DNA from: Tubiluchus corallicola
Lineage: Eukaryota > Animalia > Priapulida
NCBI GenBank assembly: GCA_030141605.1
Contig: JAQGDQ010002404.1
Span: forward strand, 1-64,000
Direction: 5' to 3'
Length of the DNA: 64,000 bases
A program made the translations under genes and the position numbers. Below the pieces are notes generated by a model that saw nothing but the letters and a program-made list of their open reading frames with translations, was not told the DNA's origin and did no database searches. This document shows positions 10,290 through 20,813 of the stretch, in pieces (the first letter of the stretch is position 1; every line of letters starts with the position of its first letter).

Positions 10290-12380
10290 ATGGAATCCAA
10301 AAGTGCCAACAAAAACATTATACACTCCGGAGGTGGAGCTCAGGATGGGTTTAGTACGGGTATAACCGGGAAAAAAAATCGAGATGGAGAAGGGTTTAAG
10401 GATGAGCCTGTTGCTGATGGTAGCAGCGGTAGTGCTGAGAAAAATGAAGAGACAGGGGTGATAAATAGTGCTGGGAAGGCAGGGCTGGATGTGGAAGAGG
10501 GAAAGGGAGAGAAAGAGGAGAAAGAGGAGAAAGGAGAGATTAAAGAGATGGAGGGTAGAGTAGGGCTGGAAGAGAAAGTAGAGGAAGTAGAGAAAGTAGA
10601 GAAAGTAGAGAAAGTAGAGGAAGTAGAGAAGGTAGAGAAGAAGGGGGTATGCAGCATTGACTACTCATCTTACACCAAAGTTCAGTTGATTAACGCTTTC
10701 AGGAAGTTGCTGTCTGAGTTTCCCGATAAGGATATAAGGCATGAAGCAGAGGCTATAAGGTCGTGTTTTTATAAGCTTCACAATGCTGATTTACAAGATA
10801 TAAAACGGGCTTTTATTGAAGGTGGAGGGAAAGAGGAGGATTTTGTTACCGCCCCGGATCTGTATGAGCAGGACTTGAAAAATTTGCAGAAGGAGTATCG
10901 GAATATGAGGGTGGAGTCAAATAAAAAGAAGGAGGCTATTAAAGAAGAGAATTACAGGAAGAAGCTTGAGGTAATAGAGGGTATAAAGGCTTTGATTAGT
11001 AGTGAGGAATCTATCAATGTCACCTTTAGTGAGTTTAAAAAGTTGCAGAACACATGGAGAGATATAGGCCAGATACCTCACGGTGTGATTAAGGATATGT
11101 GGGAGAACTATCATCACCATGTGGAGCTGTTTTATGATTATGTAAAGATAAACAGAGAGCTGCGTGATCTTGATCTTCAACGTAATATGGAGCAGAAGAC
11201 GCAGCTGTGTACCAGAGCGGAGGAGTTGGCAGTTGTTGCTAAAGAGGGAAATACCATAGATGCATTTAGGAAGTTGCAAAAGCTTCACGAGAGTTGGCGC
11301 GAAACGGGGCCTGTTCCGAGGGATAAGAGGGAGTCGTTATGGAATCGCTTTAAAGAGGCTACTTCTGTTGTCAACAAACAGCATTTCGATAATGAGCGGG
11401 AGAAGCAGAAGAATAATCTTGAAAAGAAGTTGGCTATGTGTGAGAGTGCTGAGGCATATTCATCTTTTGATTCTACCGATCCGCGCGAGTGGAATGTAGC
11501 GACTAAAAAGATTCTTGCTTTACAGAAAGAGTGGCGGACAGTTGGATATGCACCGCGCAAGAGTAATACAAAGGTGTGGAGCAGGTTTAGAAAGGCAAAT
11601 GACATATTTTTTCAGAGAAAACGTGAGTTTTGGGTAAAAAGCAAGGAGCAGCTACATAAGAACCTTGCATTGAAAATAGAGATTTGTGAGCAAGCAGAGT
11701 TGTTAAAGGATAGTGAAGAGTGGAAAGCAGCTTCAAAGGAGTTTATCGAGCTGCAACGAAAATGGAAAGAGGTGGGGCCTGTTCCGAGGAAAGATTCTGA
11801 TACGGTATGGAAGAGGTTTAGAGCTGCATGTGATGAGTTTTTTAATAAAAAAGACAAGCATTTTCTGGGAGTAGCAGGGGAGCAGGGGGAGAATCTGAAA
11901 GCTAAGGAGGCCTTGATGGAGGAGGTTAGCGGTTTTCAGTCTTGTGGGAATGCAAAAGAGGATATCCGGGTTTTGAATGAGTTTAGTCGCCAGTGGTCGG
12001 AGATAGGCTTTGTTCCACTTCATAGGAAGGACGATATGCAGATGCGGTTTAGAGAGCTGCTTAACACACAGTATGACAAGATTGAAATTAGCGAGCGGGA
12101 GCGTAATATACATAAGTTTAAGAATAAGGTTGCAGGCTGGATATCACTTCCCAGAGGGTGGGATAAGATAGAGAAAGATAGGGAGAGGATTGTGAGCAGG
12201 TTGAGGTTGCTGGAGAGTGATTTGGCAACACTGAATAACAATATTGGTTTTTTTGGTAAGTCAAAAGGAGCAGAGTCGCTTATAGAAGGAGTTAATGAGA
12301 AGATAGAGCAGTTGAATGAGCAGATACGGTATCTAAAAGCCAAAATTACTATTGTTGACAGCTTGGAGAAACAAAAGTAA
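10290..12380 (+). CDS. DUF349 domain-containing protein
   Basis: Repeated LQ..W..IG.VP...LW.RF..A...FF helical units typical of DUF349, with an acidic low-complexity N-terminus. Confidence 0.88.
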   Translation: MESKSANKNIIHSGGGAQDGFSTGITGKKNRDGEGFKDEPVADGSSGSAEKNEETGVINSAGKAGLDVEEGKGEKEEKEEKGEIKEMEGRVGLEEKVEEVEKVEKVEKVEEVEKVEKKGVCSIDYSSYTKVQLINAFRKLLSEFPDKDIRHEAEAIRSCFYKLHNADLQDIKRAFIEGGGKEEDFVTAPDLYEQDLKNLQKEYRNMRVESNKKKEAIKEENYRKKLEVIEGIKALISSEESINVTFSEFKKLQNTWRDIGQIPHGVIKDMWENYHHHVELFYDYVKINRELRDLDLQRNMEQKTQLCTRAEELAVVAKEGNTIDAFRKLQKLHESWRETGPVPRDKRESLWNRFKEATSVVNKQHFDNEREKQKNNLEKKLAMCESAEAYSSFDSTDPREWNVATKKILALQKEWRTVGYAPRKSNTKVWSRFRKANDIFFQRKREFWVKSKEQLHKNLALKIEICEQAELLKDSEEWKAASKEFIELQRKWKEVGPVPRKDSDTVWKRFRAACDEFFNKKDKHFLGVAGEQGENLKAKEALMEEVSGFQSCGNAKEDIRVLNEFSRQWSEIGFVPLHRKDDMQMRFRELLNTQYDKIEISERERNIHKFKNKVAGWISLPRGWDKIEKDRERIVSRLRLLESDLATLNNNIGFFGKSKGAESLIEGVNEKIEQLNEQIRYLKAKITIVDSLEKQK
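10572..10640 (+). repeat. 9-bp coding tandem repeat (GAGAAAGTA/GAGGAAGTA, EKV/EEV) x about 7.5
   Basis: Read directly from the sequence; in frame within the DUF349 gene. Confidence 0.9.
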
Positions 12381-12513
12381 GGGGCACTTCACTATATATG
12401 CCTCTCTTGCTGGCTTTGTATATGTCGGTTACTTTGTTTGGCTTTTTGTCAGGCATTAAGAATTATTATTTGTTACTTTGCTCACTTTTAAAAACCTTAA
12501 TTCAAGACTATAA

Positions 12514-14127
<1,614 letters not shown>

Positions 14128-14158
14128 AATTGAAATAATTAGTTTTTTATAGTATTAT

Positions 14159-16120
14159 ATGGACAGAAATACAGTTACAGGATTAATCCTGATTATATCT
14201 ATTCTGATATTGTTCGGTTATTTAAGCAGGCCTTCGCAGGAAGAGATTGCGGCACAGAGGAGAGCAGACTCGATTCGCATAGCGGAAATGGAAAGAGAGA
14301 GGCTGTTATCTGACTCCATGAGTTTACGGGAGAGGGAGTATGAGGTAAAAAGAGTGTTGTCTGAAGAGGGTAGTGGGGTGAGTGCCGGGCAGCCTAACGA
14401 AAATATTGATAATGCAGACCGTTATGGTGTGTTTGCGGCTTCGGCAAGTGGGAAAGAGAGATTCATCACTTTGGAAAACAACTTGATGAAGGTTTTGGTA
14501 TCCAACAAGGGAGGCCGTGTCTACTCTGTTGAGTTGAAAAACTACAAAGCCTACGATGGTAGTCCTCTGGTTCTTTTTAATGGTAGTAGTAATCGTTTTG
14601 GTCTGAACTTTTTTGCCCAGAACAGGACTATACAGACTAATGATTTATATTTTAATCCTTTAGGCGGCAGTGCCTCTCTTGTGGTTGACGGGGCAGATGT
14701 GTCTGGCAGTAAAATGGGAAATGAAAGCTACAACAGGGATAATCCTGGCGGGGAAAAGTCTTTGGTTATGAGGCTTGAAGTTGAGGGAGGGGGCTATATA
14801 GATTATACCTACACCATAAGTCATAACTCTTATATGCTCGATTTTAATATTAATTCATCCAGGATAGAGCAACTTATGGGACGGGGTGTAGATGAAGTAA
14901 ACCTTGTCTGGCAAGTGGAGGTACCTGCTCAGGAGAGGGGGACAGATTTTGAACGAAGGTATGCGGGTGTCTATTACAAGCACTATCAGGATGAGGTTGA
15001 TTATATTAAGAGCACGAAGAATAATTCTGACAACATTAGTACTAAAGTGGAGTGGGTTGCGTTTAAAGATCAATTTTTTTCATCCGTTTTTATTGCTAAG
15101 GAGTTTTTTAAGAATGGGTCGGTAAAGCTTAGTATACCCGACGATAAAAACAGTCGCACCATTATGGATGCGTTAGCAGACATGGCTATTCCTTTTGGCG
15201 ACAATAAAGCAACGAGCTATGCATTTTATTTTGGCCCCAATGATTTTAGCATTTTTAAGGGGGTACAAGATGATGTTGACATGAGAAAACTGGTCTACCT
15301 TGGCTGGGGCTTTCTCAGATATATAAATCTATTGGTTATCAAGGTTTTTCATTTCTTTGAGGGGTTTGTTGGCAATTACGGAATTATTATACTGTTGCTG
15401 ACTATTCTTATAAAGCTGATACTTTTTCCGCTAACGTATAAGTCGTATATATCAACGGCAAGGATGAGGGTGTTGAAGCCCCAGATAGATGAGATAAACG
15501 CCAAGATACCGAAGGATAAGGCGATGGAGAGGCAGCAGGCAACCATGGCGCTGTACCGAAAGGCAGGGGTAAATCCTATGGGGGGATGTATTCCGCTACT
15601 GTTACAGATGCCTATATTGTTTGCAATGTTTCAGTTTTTCCCTGCTTCAATTGAGTTGAGACAGGAGAGCTTTTTATGGGCTCAGGATCTTTCGTCGTAT
15701 GATGCAATAGTTGAGTGGAAGGGTAATATTCCTTTTATTACCAAATACTATGGTAACCATATAAGCCTGTTTTGTTTGCTGATGACTATAACCAATATTG
15801 TGTATAGTCGTATAAATCAGGAAATGTCCCAGTCGAGTCAGCAGATGCCTGGCATGAAGGGCATGATGTATATAATGCCGATAATGTTTTTGGTGTTTTT
15901 CAATAATTATGCATCTGGGCTAAGTTATTACTATTTCATATCGACACTTATCACAATTGGGCAAACAGTACTGATCCGTCGCTTTGTTGATGAGGGGGCT
16001 ATTTTGGCAAAGCTAAATGCCAATCAGAAGAAGCCCAGAAAGAAGTCAGGCTTTCAGAAGCGCCTTGAAGATATGGCTCGCGAGCGTAGTGCTACTGCCA
16101 AAAAGAGAAGAAAGAGGTAG
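14159..16120 (+). CDS. yidC: Membrane protein insertase YidC
   Basis: N-terminal TM, periplasmic domain, GNYGIII.LLT..IK, GVNPMGGC.P.LLQMP and FLWA.DLS motifs. It follows pyrG, as usual in Bacteroidota. Confidence 0.96.
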   Translation: MDRNTVTGLILIISILILFGYLSRPSQEEIAAQRRADSIRIAEMERERLLSDSMSLREREYEVKRVLSEEGSGVSAGQPNENIDNADRYGVFAASASGKERFITLENNLMKVLVSNKGGRVYSVELKNYKAYDGSPLVLFNGSSNRFGLNFFAQNRTIQTNDLYFNPLGGSASLVVDGADVSGSKMGNESYNRDNPGGEKSLVMRLEVEGGGYIDYTYTISHNSYMLDFNINSSRIEQLMGRGVDEVNLVWQVEVPAQERGTDFERRYAGVYYKHYQDEVDYIKSTKNNSDNISTKVEWVAFKDQFFSSVFIAKEFFKNGSVKLSIPDDKNSRTIMDALADMAIPFGDNKATSYAFYFGPNDFSIFKGVQDDVDMRKLVYLGWGFLRYINLLVIKVFHFFEGFVGNYGIIILLLTILIKLILFPLTYKSYISTARMRVLKPQIDEINAKIPKDKAMERQQATMALYRKAGVNPMGGCIPLLLQMPILFAMFQFFPASIELRQESFLWAQDLSSYDAIVEWKGNIPFITKYYGNHISLFCLLMTITNIVYSRINQEMSQSSQQMPGMKGMMYIMPIMFLVFFNNYASGLSYYYFISTLITIGQTVLIRRFVDEGAILAKLNANQKKPRKKSGFQKRLEDMARERSATAKKRRKR

Positions 16121-16179
16121 AGTTTTTTAGCCTTTGTGGATAGAGATATTCTATGGGCTTACAGTTTTATGAGATAGTG

Positions 16180-17515
16180 AGCACTATCTCATAAACTGTG
16201 TAAATAGAAAATGCCGAGGGTTGCAACCCTCGGCATTTTTTTGTTTAATTTTAAAACTTTAGACAGTAATGAAAAAAGAAGATTTATTAAATGATGATTT
16301 CCTTGAACAGTTTAATTCAGGGGAAGAGCTCAATGGTTTTTTACAAGAGCTCCAAAAACGAGGCATTGAAAAGATGCTTGAAGGAGAACTCGATGGTCAT
16401 TTAGGCTATGATAAGAATCAAAAATCGGATAATCAGAATGCCCGCAATGGCTATTCAGAGAAGAGAGTCCGAACCACTCTGGGAGAATCCAACATTCAGG
16501 TTCCCCGAGACCGTGATGCTTCGTTTAATCCGATGATTGTACCCAAAGGAGGGAACATGGTCGATGGCTTAGAGAATATCATTGTTTCGTTTTATGCTAA
16601 AGGAATGAGTAATAGCGATATTGAAGAGCAAATTCGGGAGCTATACGGTTTTGAAGTTTCCACATCCACCATATCAAGGATTACCGATTCAGTCACCAAC
16701 GACATTGTAGCGTGGCAGAACCGACCTCTGGAAACTGTATACCTAATTGTTTGGATGGATGGCATTGTATTTAAAGTGCGGGAGAACTCTAAGGTCGTCA
16801 ACAAAACCGTTTACATTGCCGTAGGACTTCGCAGAGATGGGAAAAAAGAGGTTCTTGGCTTATGGTTGGGCAAGAGTGAGTCCGCTGCCTTTTGGATGAA
16901 CGTACTTACCGATATGAAAGCCCGTGGAGTTAACGATATTCTGATTACGGCAACAGATAACTTGAATGGCTTTACAGATACTATCCGAACTGTTTTCCCT
17001 GAATCTAAAACACAAATATGTGTTGTTCATCAAATCCGTAACGCAAGCAGATACGTGGTTTGGAAAGATAAAAAGGCATTTACAAAAGATATGAAGCAAA
17101 TCTAATGCCCCTACAAAAGAGGCTGCAAAAGCAGCTTTAGAAGATTTTGCAGCAGCTTGGGAGGATAAATACTCTTACGCAATTAAAAGCTGGCGAGACA
17201 ACTGGGAAGACCTAACAGTATTCTTTGAGTTTCCGCTGGAAATCATAAAGATAATTTATACAACCAACCTGATTGAGAATCTCAACGGAAAAATCAGAAA
17301 ATACACAAAAAACAAACTTTCATTCCCGTCAGACCAGGCTGTAATGAAATCTGTATTTTTGGCAACCAGAGAAGCAACTAAAAAATGGTCAATGCCAATC
17401 AGAAACTGGGGCATTGTCTTGAATCAGTTCTTAGTTATATTTGAAAAAAGGGTCCAGCTATAAATAGCCAAACCCTCGGTATTTTTTTAGTTTACACACT
17501 TTGTGAAACAGTGTC
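16180..17515 (+). mobile_element. IS256-family insertion sequence copy 1 (frameshifted), 8-bp TSD AGATAGTG
   Basis: IRL AGCACTATCTCATAAACTGTGTAAAT; IRR reverse complement GACACTGTTTCACAAAGTGTGTAAACT. AGATAGTG occurs at 16172-16179 and 17516-17523. Confidence 0.93.
16269..17463 (+). pseudogene. IS256-family transposase pseudogene
   Basis: Near-identical to the 398-aa copy at 23300-24496, but a 2-bp deletion near 17102 stops the frame at 17105. Confidence 0.9.
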
Positions 17516-17550
17516 AGATAGTGCTAGATAGTGCTTTTTTTGGAGTTTCG

Positions 17551-18048
17551 CTATTTTTCAGGCTGGCTTTTAAACTCGCGCTTCAGGTTGATCATTTTTA
17601 TAGCTGTAATGGCAGCTTCGTCTCCTTTATTTCCCAATATGCCGCCGGCGCGATCCATTGCCTGTTGCTGGTTGTCGGTTGTAAGCACTCCAAAAATAAC
17701 AGGGGTATTACTGTTTAAGTTCACCTGCATGGCTCCTTGCGTAACACCTTGGCATACAAAGTCGAAGTGGCTGGTTTCTCCACGAATTACACAGCCCAGC
17801 AATATAATGGCATCAACATTGGTATATTTTGCGAAAAACTGACCTCCCAATGCCAACTCAAAACTGCCCGGAACATGTTTAATTATAATATTATCATCAC
17901 CAATACTACTCTTTTTTAGCGTTTTCACCGCTCCTTTTAAAAGGGCACCGGTAACTTCGCTGTTCCATTCTGATACAACTATGCCAAATGTCATAAGTTC
18001 GATGTCCGGCACGGATTGTATCTCGGTAGACTTGCCTTTTGTAACCAT
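17551..18048 (-). CDS. ribH: 6,7-dimethyl-8-ribityllumazine synthase
   Basis: GIVVSEWN, VPGSFEL, LGCVIRGETSHFDFV, FGVLT and NKG.EAA motifs. Confidence 0.96.
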   Translation of the reverse strand: MVTKGKSTEIQSVPDIELMTFGIVVSEWNSEVTGALLKGAVKTLKKSSIGDDNIIIKHVPGSFELALGGQFFAKYTNVDAIILLGCVIRGETSHFDFVCQGVTQGAMQVNLNSNTPVIFGVLTTDNQQQAMDRAGGILGNKGDEAAITAIKMINLKREFKSQPEK

Positions 18049-18139
18049 ATTAAGAGTGTTTTTGTGTAATAGTAATCTCTCTCTTTCCCCATTTTGTTCC
18101 AGAGGGGGCCCTGTTGATATGGTATGGTAAGTTTCCGGA

Positions 18140-18835
18140 TTACTTGCTTAGCATAATATTGGTGCGTGCAATATATTTGTCTATATGCCTTCCTTCTGCA
18201 GAGTCGGGGTATTTATCCCTGATCTGTTCGTACGCCATCAGCGCTTTTTGCAGGTTGCCAATCTCCTTATATGTTACAGCAGCTTTCATCAAATAGATAG
18301 GAGAGGTGAGCTTATTATCGCTTTGTGTGGCAGCCTCCATATATAGTTTTGCTGCTTTTTCATATTCACCTATTTCGGAGTATGCATCTCCTGTAGCACC
18401 TTTTGCAACAGGTCCCAAAAGCTTATCTTTTGTGTGAAATTTTTCCAGAAATTCAATAGCGTCTTCAAACTGTCCGAGGCGCAGGAATGAAATTCCTGTG
18501 TAGTATAGCGCCAGTTTTCCTGATTTTGTATTGCCAAAGTCATCTATGATATCAAGAAATCCCGGATAATTACCATCGCCGTTAATAGCGAGGTCAAGCG
18601 AATCTTTGCTGAAGTATCGTTCGGCAACAAACATTTGCTCACTGGCAGTTTTTTGGCGAGGAAGGGTGTAGAAACGGTGTGTAGATATTAAAATCACCAC
18701 TGCTGCAACTACTATCACTAATACAGCCGTGATGGCTTTCCTATACTTTTCAAAGAGCTGTTCCGCGGAAGTTAGTGCACTTTCAACCTCTTGTAAGTTG
18801 GTGTCAATTTTACTTTTTTTGCTTGCTTTGCTCAT
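18140..18835 (-). CDS. Membrane-anchored tetratricopeptide repeat protein (conserved upstream of ribH in Bacteroidota)
   Basis: One TM segment, the A.NGDGNYPGFLDIIDDFG.T..GKLA.YY.G signature and TPRs. The start was set at ATG 18835, downstream of the promoter element. Confidence 0.85.
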   Translation of the reverse strand: MSKASKKSKIDTNLQEVESALTSAEQLFEKYRKAITAVLVIVVAAVVILISTHRFYTLPRQKTASEQMFVAERYFSKDSLDLAINGDGNYPGFLDIIDDFGNTKSGKLALYYTGISFLRLGQFEDAIEFLEKFHTKDKLLGPVAKGATGDAYSEIGEYEKAAKLYMEAATQSDNKLTSPIYLMKAAVTYKEIGNLQKALMAYEQIRDKYPDSAEGRHIDKYIARTNIMLSK

Positions 18836-18876
18836 ATTCTGATTCAAATACTTTTTTAAAATAGTTGTGATAGGGA

Positions 18877-18884
18877 CAAAAGTA
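18877..18884 (-). promoter_or_regulatory. -7 promoter element for the TPR-ribH operon
   Basis: TACTTTTG on the minus strand. Confidence 0.55.
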
Positions 18885-19307
18885 TATCTTTTTGCCGAAC
18901 AGATTTCTATTTTTTCCATATAATTTTACGGAGCTACCAGATTGAAAATAAAGTTTTAAATATGTTTATTTAAAAAGAGCCCTTTGCAAGGCGAAATATT
19001 TTGACTCTGATTTAGGAAAAATTGAATAATAAATCACTCCTTGTCACTGCGAATTATGGGATTGGTGAAATATAAATTGGTGAAAAGATGGGTTTTACAA
19101 AGAGTCTCTCAATGGGCGATATCATAGTCGCGGTACGAGATGGTGAGATAGCGAGGGTAACGGACAGCTGGCGCAGCTTAATACTTATTGATAAGTTCCT
19201 GATAAGAAAAATATGGGTATATTGCCGAAAGCGGTTATTTTTGGCCAAAATGTATAGATGTAAGGTTTAGCTTTTGTTGCTCAACACTGGAAATTATCAT
19301 TGTTTTT

Positions 19308-20414
19308 ATGCATATAAGTGAGTTATCTGTTGTCAATTACAAAAATATTACTGAAGCCAGGCTACAGCTTTCTTCAAAGCTGAATTGCTTTATTGGTAAT
19401 AACGGAGTTGGCAAGACCAATCTTCTTGATTGTATCTACTACCTTTCGTTTTGCAGGAGTTATTTCAACGCTTCCGATATTTACAATATAAAGCATGGGG
19501 AGGAGTTTTTTATTCTGCAGGGTAGGTACATGAAGGGAGAGGATGGGGAAGAGGAGGTACATTGCGGGTTGAAGAGGGGGCAGAGGAAGAGGTTTCGCCG
19601 CAATAAGAAGGAGTATCAGAGGCTATTGGAGCATATTGGTGTATTGCCACTTGTCATGGTTTCCCCATCCGATGTACAGCTTATTCTTGGAGGAAGCGAG
19701 GAGCGCAGAAAGTTTATGGACAATGTGATATCCCAGTCTGACCGTACCTACCTTAGTTGGCTGGTGAGGTATAATAGAGCTGTTTTGCAGAGGAACAGCC
19801 TACTTAAACATTTTGCAAAGAATCATGTTTTTGACGCAGCTGGCTTGGAGGTGTGGGATGAGCAGCTTGTAGCTTTTGGAGAAAAGATATATAAAAAGAG
19901 AACAGAGTTTCTTTCGGATTTATTACCGGTATTTCAGAAGTATTACCAGCTTGTTTCTAAGGGAGGTGAAGAGGTCTCTCTTAAATATTTATCACAACTG
20001 GAGAGTGGCGGGTTCAGGGACATGTTGAGAGAGGCTCTTCCTAAAGACAGGATATTGCAATATACTTCAACGGGAGTCCACAAGGATGACTTGGATTTAA
20101 AACTGGGTGGTTACCCCATAAAAAAGCTGGGTTCACAGGGTCAAAAAAAGACATATCTTATTTCGTTGAAATTGGCGCAGTTTGAGTTTATAAGCTCGGT
20201 GAGTGGGGCAAAGCCTATACTGCTTTTGGATGATATTTTCGATAAGCTTGACAGTGAAAGAGTAGAGCAGATTGTAAGCCTTGTCTCCGGAAACACCTTC
20301 GGGCAGATATTTATTACTGATACAAATAGAGAGCATCTTGACAGTATTATATCCAGCTCGTTGGACGATTACAAGATATTTAATGTTACAGGCAGCGGGG
20401 TAGTTAGTGGTTGA
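19308..20414 (+). CDS. recF: DNA replication/repair protein RecF
   Basis: Walker A GNNGVGKTN, ERRKFMD, GVHKDDL, GSQGQKK and Walker B LLLDDIFDKLD. Confidence 0.96.
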   Translation: MHISELSVVNYKNITEARLQLSSKLNCFIGNNGVGKTNLLDCIYYLSFCRSYFNASDIYNIKHGEEFFILQGRYMKGEDGEEEVHCGLKRGQRKRFRRNKKEYQRLLEHIGVLPLVMVSPSDVQLILGGSEERRKFMDNVISQSDRTYLSWLVRYNRAVLQRNSLLKHFAKNHVFDAAGLEVWDEQLVAFGEKIYKKRTEFLSDLLPVFQKYYQLVSKGGEEVSLKYLSQLESGGFRDMLREALPKDRILQYTSTGVHKDDLDLKLGGYPIKKLGSQGQKKTYLISLKLAQFEFISSVSGAKPILLLDDIFDKLDSERVEQIVSLVSGNTFGQIFITDTNREHLDSIISSSLDDYKIFNVTGSGVVSG

Positions 20415-20434
20415 ATACAAAAAATGTATTGAAA

Positions 20435-20725
20435 ATGCGCAGGAATAAAGCGGTGAAGTTTGGTAATGTTATGAAGGATCTCTTAAAAGAGACTGGAATA
20501 GAGGAGAAGCTATCTGATGCCAGGAGTGTGAGCGCGTGGAGTGAGGTGGTAGGAGAGGTTATTGTAAAGGCAACAAGGAGTATTTATATTAGGAATGGTG
20601 TACTCTATGTGCATCTCTCTTCTTCAGTGGTACGGAATGAACTGTTTATGATGCGACAAAGAATAATAAGTGATATAAACAGCAAGCCCGGTGTAAGCAA
20701 GATAAAGGCAATAGTTTTGAAGTAG
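20435..20725 (+). CDS. DUF721 / DciA-like protein
   Basis: W.EVVG..I...T..IYI.NGVLYV.LSSSV.RNEL motif, in the typical position after recF. Confidence 0.85.
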   Translation: MRRNKAVKFGNVMKDLLKETGIEEKLSDARSVSAWSEVVGEVIVKATRSIYIRNGVLYVHLSSSVVRNELFMMRQRIISDINSKPGVSKIKAIVLK

Positions 20726-20813
20726 GTGCGGAGGCAGAGGGTATAGTGTACCTTTCGGTGTTTTATTAGAGGCAGCAAACAAGTATAGTAGATGGGTGTT
20801 TTAAAGGATATAT

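Noticed and set aside
19054-19270. Small ORFs between the TPR gene and recF
   Set aside because: About 60 aa with no recognisable motif; cannot be distinguished from eroded intergenic DNA.
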